Source of the DNA: Monocercomonoides exilis PA203
Lineage: Eukaryota; Protista; Preaxostyla
Direction of reading: 5' to 3'
NCBI GenBank assembly: GCA_001643675.2
Contig: LSRY02000004.1
Location: 1,860,001-1,924,000, forward strand
Length of the DNA stretch: 64,000 bases
Shown here: piece by piece, positions 57,812-64,000 of the stretch
How the letters are laid out: each line of letters begins with the position of its first letter
Numbering within the stretch: position 1 is the first letter of the stretch
The notes under the pieces: generated by a model
What the model was told of the DNA's origin: nothing
The model's input: the letters and a program-made list of their open reading frames with translations, nothing else
Database searches by the model: none
Program-made: the position numbers and the translations under genes

Positions 57812-58521
57812 AATGCTCTCGAGGAACGCGCGCTCTGCCGGCTAGCTGCATTCGTGGAGTGTGATACAGCTTCTCGTTTCTTCTGCATCAGCGGTGCAAT
57901 CCTCTCAAGTTGTTCCCTGTTGAGCTGTGGATCTTCTTTTTCTTCCTGTAATAACCTAGCTGCATCAAAACCAAATTTTGCAGTTATCCTCATATGTCTA
58001 GCCTCTTGCAGCGCTGCAATCAAAAAGGTTAACGCGTCGCTTAAATATGGTTTATCCTCTTGCTTCGCATTCTGAGTTGCCAACACAATTGCCTTCAGCG
58101 CTGGGAGCAACCGAGACTCCACTTTCCAAGCTCCCTCGTCCAGTGCGTCGGAAAACCAGCTTCTTGATCGGGAGTGAGCGTGGGTTCTTGATGGAATAAA
58201 TGGGGGAGCCGAGAGCAACTCATATACTGCTGTGGACTGATCAATATCACTGGCGTTAATTGGAAAGTTGAACACTGAGTTTGATGTTTGAACTCCGAAT
58301 TGTATCTTGCAGGCTTTATCCAAGGTCCGTGTGGGAGCAGAATCCAGCGTCATTTTGATGTCGTAGGCTAGTTGAGAAGCAGAAGATGAAGGAAATACCA
58401 AACTGGAAGCTGCGGAAGATGGATTGGAGATGGGGATCGGTGCGCCCATATCGCCTGTTGGTCCGCTTTGCGGGAAGATCCTGCTCAGCCCAGGCGCAGG
58501 TCCTTCCAAAAATGTTGACAT
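57700..58521 (-). CDS. ORF1 (gag-like) of YR element 2, open, 273 aa
   Basis: ATG about 40 bp inside the ITR. Overlaps the start of the RT frame, as in DIRS elements. Homologous to ORF1 of element 1. Confidence 0.7.
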   Translation of the reverse strand: MSTFLEGPAPGLSRIFPQSGPTGDMGAPIPISNPSSAASSLVFPSSSASQLAYDIKMTLDSAPTRTLDKACKIQFGVQTSNSVFNFPINASDIDQSTAVYELLSAPPFIPSRTHAHSRSRSWFSDALDEGAWKVESRLLPALKAIVLATQNAKQEDKPYLSDALTFLIAALQEARHMRITAKFGFDAARLLQEEKEDPQLNREQLERIAPLMQKKREAVSHSTNAASRQSARSSRAFCSKRPFIPPKTRFFQRKKEAEPRFSLESGRRLEWET

Positions 58522-58929
58522 TAATCAAATTATGTGAACGACAGAGCCCTTAATAAGGCACTCTCACTCCCATAATAGAGAGGTGTTGTAGATCACGATT
58601 GTTCTTGAGAATTAAGGAGCTCTGCACTTTTATGTTTGTTTTTCTTGTTTCATCAAAACAACACAAAATTTCAAACAAAAACTTTGAATGCAAATAAGAA
58701 CATGTTCTAATTGTATTTGTCATTTAGAAAAACAACTTTTATCAAAAAAAATTTTTTTATTGAAAATATCATATTATTTTCGACAATTTAAATTCTTATC
58801 GACCGACAAACAACATGCAAAATTTTTGTGTTGCAGAGGCTTTGAAGACGATCATGATTTAAATGATGAAAAGGACATGAAATGCATCAAAACGGATGTG
58901 ATTTCAATCATGTTTAAAGAATGCTAGGG

Positions 58930-60210
58930 AAATAGAGAGGCTATTAGAAAAAAGCACTTGATCTCGTCGAAAAAAGAGTGATAATAAAAAAAGAATTATT
59001 TAACTCAGGAATCATTCATGAAAACAGCCTTTGCAGAGCACTTTCAACATAATCAATAGGAAGAGATGTGTGCTCTGTTGGACGACCTCCATTATTGAAC
59101 CAACAAAACAAATCAATTTTGAAAGAATCAACAAAGGAGGAAGTCATGCAAGGTGCATGTCCGTGTATTAAGAAAGAAAGATTGCACATAGCAAAATTCT
59201 TTATTGTTTTGAAATTTTTTCTTTCACTGTTTTTTCAGGCTCAATTGACAATATCTGAAGGTTCAGGGAAACCGATGGATAAAATACTAATATCAAGGAC
59301 ATGTCACTATCGATTTTTGAATGATCAATCAGATTTGTTTTTCATACACCCAATTCAACTTCCCACTGCTCGAGCAGCACACTCAACAAAAGAGCGTCTT
59401 GCTCCATGGTTCGAAAAAGTTAAATTATTATATGATGAGTTCAGATATTTCCATGAACTTCTTTTTATTCTTGATGAAGAATATTTATCAGTTTCGGATG
59501 TCAGACCTGTCAAAGTGGTGAGTACTGAAGATGCATGTGTGCCCTTTGTTCCAGAACCAGTCTTGCCTCATCTATTTCTTCTCTCTTCCTTATTTCAGCG
59601 GATGGTGTGAGGTATCCTGTTGTTACAAAAATAAAAGCTTAAAAGCTCCCCATTGAATTTCAAAAAGCAAGCGAGCCACAGTTGAGATTTGTAACTGATG
59701 AAACTTGCACAATGATGAAAGAAAGCTTTCCGATGATATTTGACAGAGTAATTATGCACTCCATTTTTCACAGAAGAATTATTATAAATGAAAAGAACAA
59801 ACACTGTCAACTGTTTATGGATTCTCTTGCAGCTTATTTGTCCCCTCAGATTATACAACAGTCACAAATTCATAACATTGACTTGTGCTTCCCATCATCT
59901 CACACTTCACATCTTGTCCAGCCATTGGATCTATATGTCAACGCCACATTTTTAATTTGCTGAGAACAATAAATTATGAAACGCCTGATCCTTCTGCGAG
60001 TGAAAAAAGAAAATCATTTCCAGACAAATATGTCAATTCATTCCACTCAGCATTCAATCCTTCAACAATTAAAGCTTCATTCAGTGATTCAGGAAAAAAA
60101 CCATTCAATCCAGAAATTGTGTTATCAAAAGCACCTGAGAAAAAACCAGAATGGGCAAAAGTTTCAGAAAGAATGATGGATCCTGCAAAGTCTTTTTTAA
60201 CTGAAAAAAT
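58930..60210 (+). mobile_element. Degenerate pogo/Tigger-like (DDE_1) DNA transposase relic
   Basis: VGRPPLL, FILDE, LFMDSLAAY..SHTSHLVQPLDLYVNATF, IKASFSDSG..PFNPEIVL; frameshifted. Confidence 0.8.
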
Positions 60211-60222
60211 ATTTATATGGGG

Positions 60223-60669
60223 AAAATATTTCACTTCAGGCATTTTTATTAAAAAAATAATGCACTTTTCGTTGACTTTAAGAGATCAAAAAACACAATA
60301 AAAATAGGACCATTTTTTGACATTCGTGAAATGTTTGAAAACTTAATGTTTTGATTACAAAGATACCTATCTTCGGATATGAAAATCAATTTCATTTTGA
60401 AATATAAGGGAAAATATGGACTTTCAAGCTTTTTATGCACAAATCATGAAAAAACTGTTTCACTTGCAACATTTTTGAACTTTGCCAGATTTCAAAATAA
60501 ATTTGATTTTCATATCTGTAAACAAAAATCATTGATATAATAACAAAAAATATTGTGACATCACATGCATTTCTAAAAAAATTTCATATTTATAACAAAA
60601 TTTTTGATCACAAAAAGTTTATCTTAGGTGCATTATTTTTCAATGAAAATGCCTGAAGTCAAATATTTT
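60223..60669. mobile_element. MITE-like element of about 450 bp with imperfect terminal inverted repeats
   Basis: aaaatatttcacttcaggcatttttattaaaaaaataatgcac (60223-60265) matches the reverse complement of 60628-60669; weaker similarity extends to about 70 bp. Confidence 0.7.
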
Positions 60670-61100
60670 GTCCAATTTATTTAATAAAATGAAAGAAAAG
60701 ATTAAAAATAGCTGAAGTTTATTCATTGTCCCGGATTTGTGACGCACTAAATGTTTTGATTTTGTTTTGTTTAATCTATAGAGGATCAGGGTTTCTAATC
60801 AATTATAACTTTTTGACACATCAAATACGTGTGTTTCAATGATTGCGTTAGATGAATTTGAAAAAAATATATGAATGAACTGATAACTATTATTTTCACT
60901 CGTTTATTAAAGAAAACAAGAAAGTTTAGATATTTCATGGTAAAGTTTACTCAGTAGTTTTTATTAATCATTTTCATTTTAAATTTTTTTTGAAATAAAT
61001 TTGATCATAGCCATCATATTACAGAGATTTTGATTTTTTTCATTGAAAATAATACGAGTAACAACAAATTAAAAACTTACCTCTAACAAGTTTTATAATG

Positions 61101-61318
61101 TTATATGGCTGATCCTTTTTGAAATCATACTTTCGTTCGAGTTTCGATCAAAAATTTTGTCTCAATGGGATTTTAAAATATTGAGTTTAAACTAAAAATA
61201 CCTATTGTTCATGATGCAGTTATTGCAGAAACAAAATTTTCACAAAAATCCCATTGAGATAAAAAATTTGATCGAAACTCGAACGAAAGTGTGATTTCAA
61301 AAAGGATCGTCAATATAA
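61101..61318. mobile_element. Palindromic MITE-like element of about 210 bp
   Basis: 64-bp arms 61111-61174 and 61245-61308 are reverse complements with about 4 mismatches; tata lies just outside both arms. Confidence 0.75.
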
Positions 61319-61546
61319 ATGCATTTAATTAGAGAAAATCCGAAAAAAAAAATAAGTTTCTGTATGTTACTAAAAGTTGTGACTCACCATAATTACTTTG
61401 CACATTTGAGAAATCGAGTAAATAAGAAATTATAAATTTGCTTGAATGTCAATTGTTCTCAAAAAAAGAAGAAAATTATGATAAAAATGTTGAATAAATG
61501 TAAAACTGAAAAATACACGTTAGAAAAAACAACAGTGAAGTGAAGT

Positions 61547-63166
61547 TCATTTCTGCATCTTTTGGCTATTCTCAGCAGAAGTGATTCCAGACACAGACAA
61601 TCCAAACTGCATTGTTTCTTCTTTTTTTGCAGTTGATGTTGTATGGTTCCTTAATGGGTCATCTGAAATGACGGGACGAGAAGAAGAGCTGGGATAAGAA
61701 ATTCGTCTGGCTTGACTTGAAGAAGCTGGATAATGAATTGGTGGAGTGTGAGCAGTTGAAGAAGAGGAAGGAGAGGGTCTAACTCCAATTCCTCTGGAAG
61801 AAGCGGAAGAAGCTGATGCCTTGGAAGAGATCGAGAGAGGGGTTGAAAGTTGTCTCTGGTGAAGAGGAGCAGAAGATGGCTTCATTGGAGGAAAAGACAT
61901 AGGAGCGTCAGAGAATTCCGGTGTAGCTGAAGAAGTCGAAGAAGAAGAGGATGATGAAGGCGATGGCGTGGCAAACGAAGAGCCCATCACAGTTACTCGA
62001 GATGAAGAAGATGCAATATGCCTCTCAGTTGTAGAAGGAGGCTGCTGGCCGACTAAGTGCAAAGATTGATTGGAGCTTCCTTTTCGTTCTCCTCGTTCGC
62101 TCTTCCGCTCAGAATCAGACGTTGTACCACGAGAACCGCCTGCGTGCTTTCGAATAAATAATCGCCTACAAAATTCACGCTGAGTTGGGATTACGTCCTT
62201 CCCATTTACAGAGGCTATGTAAATTTTGCCAAATAAATATTATTTTCGAAATGAAAAAGAAATGTAAAGTATTATCCAAAAATATCAACTTCATACTCAC
62301 AGAATTTGAATAAGTGATCGCCATTTCATGAAATTTTGGTTGTGAAGCAAGTGGAGTATTATTTAACGACAATTTTCTTAAAAATTTGGATGACATCAAG
62401 AAATCACTTACAGACTGGAGAATAAAAGCCAGCTCACATAGTAAAAACAACAAAAGCCAAACAAAGCACACATCCCAATCAGATATTGGATTATCAGAAG
62501 CATCAAGTGTATGCAATCTGAACAACTTCCACAAAACATTTAAAGAGTTTAATCCAACGCCAGCAATACTTAATACACAAAGTGAATTCTTTAAAAATTC
62601 AAAATATTTCAAATATCTAATATGAAAAAATACATAAGTTTAGCAACATTTCATACTGCAACAGGATCCAAAACTTCATCATTAATAACAAAAGGTTCAT
62701 CTTTATCAGTATCACCTTCTTTATTATCTCTTTTTTGATATGAAAGATGAAGTTCCTGATGCGTTCATTCTCCAAAATAGGAAAAAAAAATTAAGTTAAA
62801 AAAACAAACTTGCAGATTTGTCGGTCCTTCAAGACTTACAATTTCCGTGATATGATTAAAATTGAGATAGAGATGTGTTAAAGAAGGGCATCCTTGAAGA
62901 CCTTCTATTTTTTTGATGAAGTTATATTGTAAGTCAAGATGTGTAAGTGATGGAAAATTCAAGTGGGATATTTCTCTCAAAATATTGCTTCTAAGATATA
63001 AAACTTTTAGGGCCACACATCCCTCAAGGCCTTCAAGCGTTTCAATATTCTTTTCGTTTAAGGAAAGGTGAACAATTCTTTCGAGATATTCCTCGATAGA
63101 TTCTGTTGGTTTTTTCTTTTGCGAAGTTCCAACAGAAGAAATAATTAAATCTAAAGTGATTGACAT
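61547..63166 (-). CDS. PPP1R42: SDS22-type leucine-rich repeat protein, PPP1R42/LRRC67-like (about 452 aa). Exons 62810-63166, 62657-62755, 62472-62588, 62297-62414, 61547-62214
   Basis: ITLDLI..ESIEEYLERIVHLSLNEKNI, LRR units LxxLxLxxNxIxxIE, ELHLSYQ, SLCVLSI, and LRR cap PLASQPKFHEMAITYSNSVTSVNGKDV. Four GT-AG introns restore a single frame. Confidence 0.8.
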
Positions 63167-63255
63167 ATAAATTGTGGGCTATTCAAAGAAAAACCTTTTA
63201 AAAGAGAGCAAAAACCACAAAATTTTTGTAACGAAAAAGTGAAAACACAGCTAAT

Positions 63256-63884
63256 TTATAACTGTATAATTATAAAAGAACGATTCATCGAAAAAAGAGA
63301 AAAACTTTTTTTTTGCCATTCAAATTGAACAGTATCACAATTACAAAAGCTCTTTTTTCTGTTGGACAAAAAGGAAATTATTTTTAAATAAGCGTTATTT
63401 ATTTTTTCCGGTTTTGTCTTTGCGTCAGCTTGTTTTAATGTAATAATTACATCATCTTTATCTTGTGTTGACTTTGCTGCAAAATGAAAGGTTATCTTCA
63501 ATTTTTCATCTTTGTTATTTACTAAAATAAAGTTCTTTATATTATGCTTTACAAAATTAAGAAATATCATACAAAAATCAGTAATTGATTTGTTTTCTTT
63601 TTTCGTATTTTCCACAATTGAATCAATATCCGCTTCTGGATTATCTAATAATATTTTACTTAATCCATAGCTAAGAATTATATGAATAAGATTGTTTTGA
63701 AAATCTCTATCAGATAAATCATCCTTACTCAATGACTTAACATGAAACCAAATGTTAAGCAAAAAGCAAAAAGCGATTTTTTTCAAACAATATTTAAGTC
63801 TTTAGAGCATTCACTTGGTATTTCAAGAAGAGGGAAATTTGAGTATGACAAAAGAGGTGATTCTTCTTTTTCTGTCCTTGCCAT
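63256..63884 (-). CDS. Hypothetical protein, intron 63736-63788; the 5' end may extend further
   Basis: An exon from ATG 63884 (MARTEKEESPLL...) splices in frame to the 63256-63735 ORF. Confidence 0.5.
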
Positions 63885-64000
63885 CAAAAAATAATGGGTA
63901 CCAAATATTCTTATTATTAGAAAATATTAAAGAAAATTTGAAATATATGAATTATATTGCTTGCTATTTCTTATAAATTAGAGGATGGATTGAGATGTTC

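Larger units (their letters stand above)
54624..58606 (-). mobile_element. DIRS-like tyrosine-recombinase retrotransposon copy 2 (a divergent family from copy 1), decayed
   Basis: About 42-bp inverted repeats at 54624-54664 and 58564-58606. ORF1 57700-58521; RT (FFIQKKNGIYRQILDCRPLN, LDLSQAY, degenerate TYFDN); RNase H (TDAS, HIPGEKNVIADSLSR); MT-like (AHPPVPLI..LPAWKNQVW); YR (ACRFREL, KLKT, PYT-K, ARH..KFY). Confidence 0.9.

Noticed and set aside
58620-60790. Terminal inverted repeats for the pogo-like relic
   Set aside because: Only low-complexity A/C-rich similarity; no convincing pair

Overview
Eukaryotic, AT-rich genomic DNA with short GT-AG introns and the standard genetic code (intact genes end in TAA/TAG/TGA). 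Gene style (Ser and Glu/Lys low-complexity inserts, a large surface-protein family with kinase-like tails, bacterial-type anaerobic enzymes) resembles an anaerobic metamonad such as the oxymonad Monocercomonoides; this is an inference. Positions 0.7-25 kb hold intact host genes: an intronless bacterial-type 2-hydroxyacyl-CoA dehydratase activator/dehydratase fusion, a PRP40-like WW/FF gene, a hypothetical gene, a very large ATG4 and a 2-TM protein. Positions 25-61 kb form a transposon and pseudogene island: decayed surface/receptor genes, a Merlin/IS1595-like relic, two DIRS-like tyrosine-recombinase retroelements, a surface gene with four near-identical 1173-bp repeats, a pogo-like relic and two MITE-like elements. 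Positions 61.5-64 kb return to intact genes (PPP1R42-like). The most notable signals are in the YR retroelements: short ITRs with no visible ICR, and a Y-x-x-K motif in place of H-x-x-R in both recombinases. One element also has a reconstructable insertion site inside a CstF-77/RNA14 pseudogene that forms a 9-8-9 inverted-repeat, loxP-like structure.
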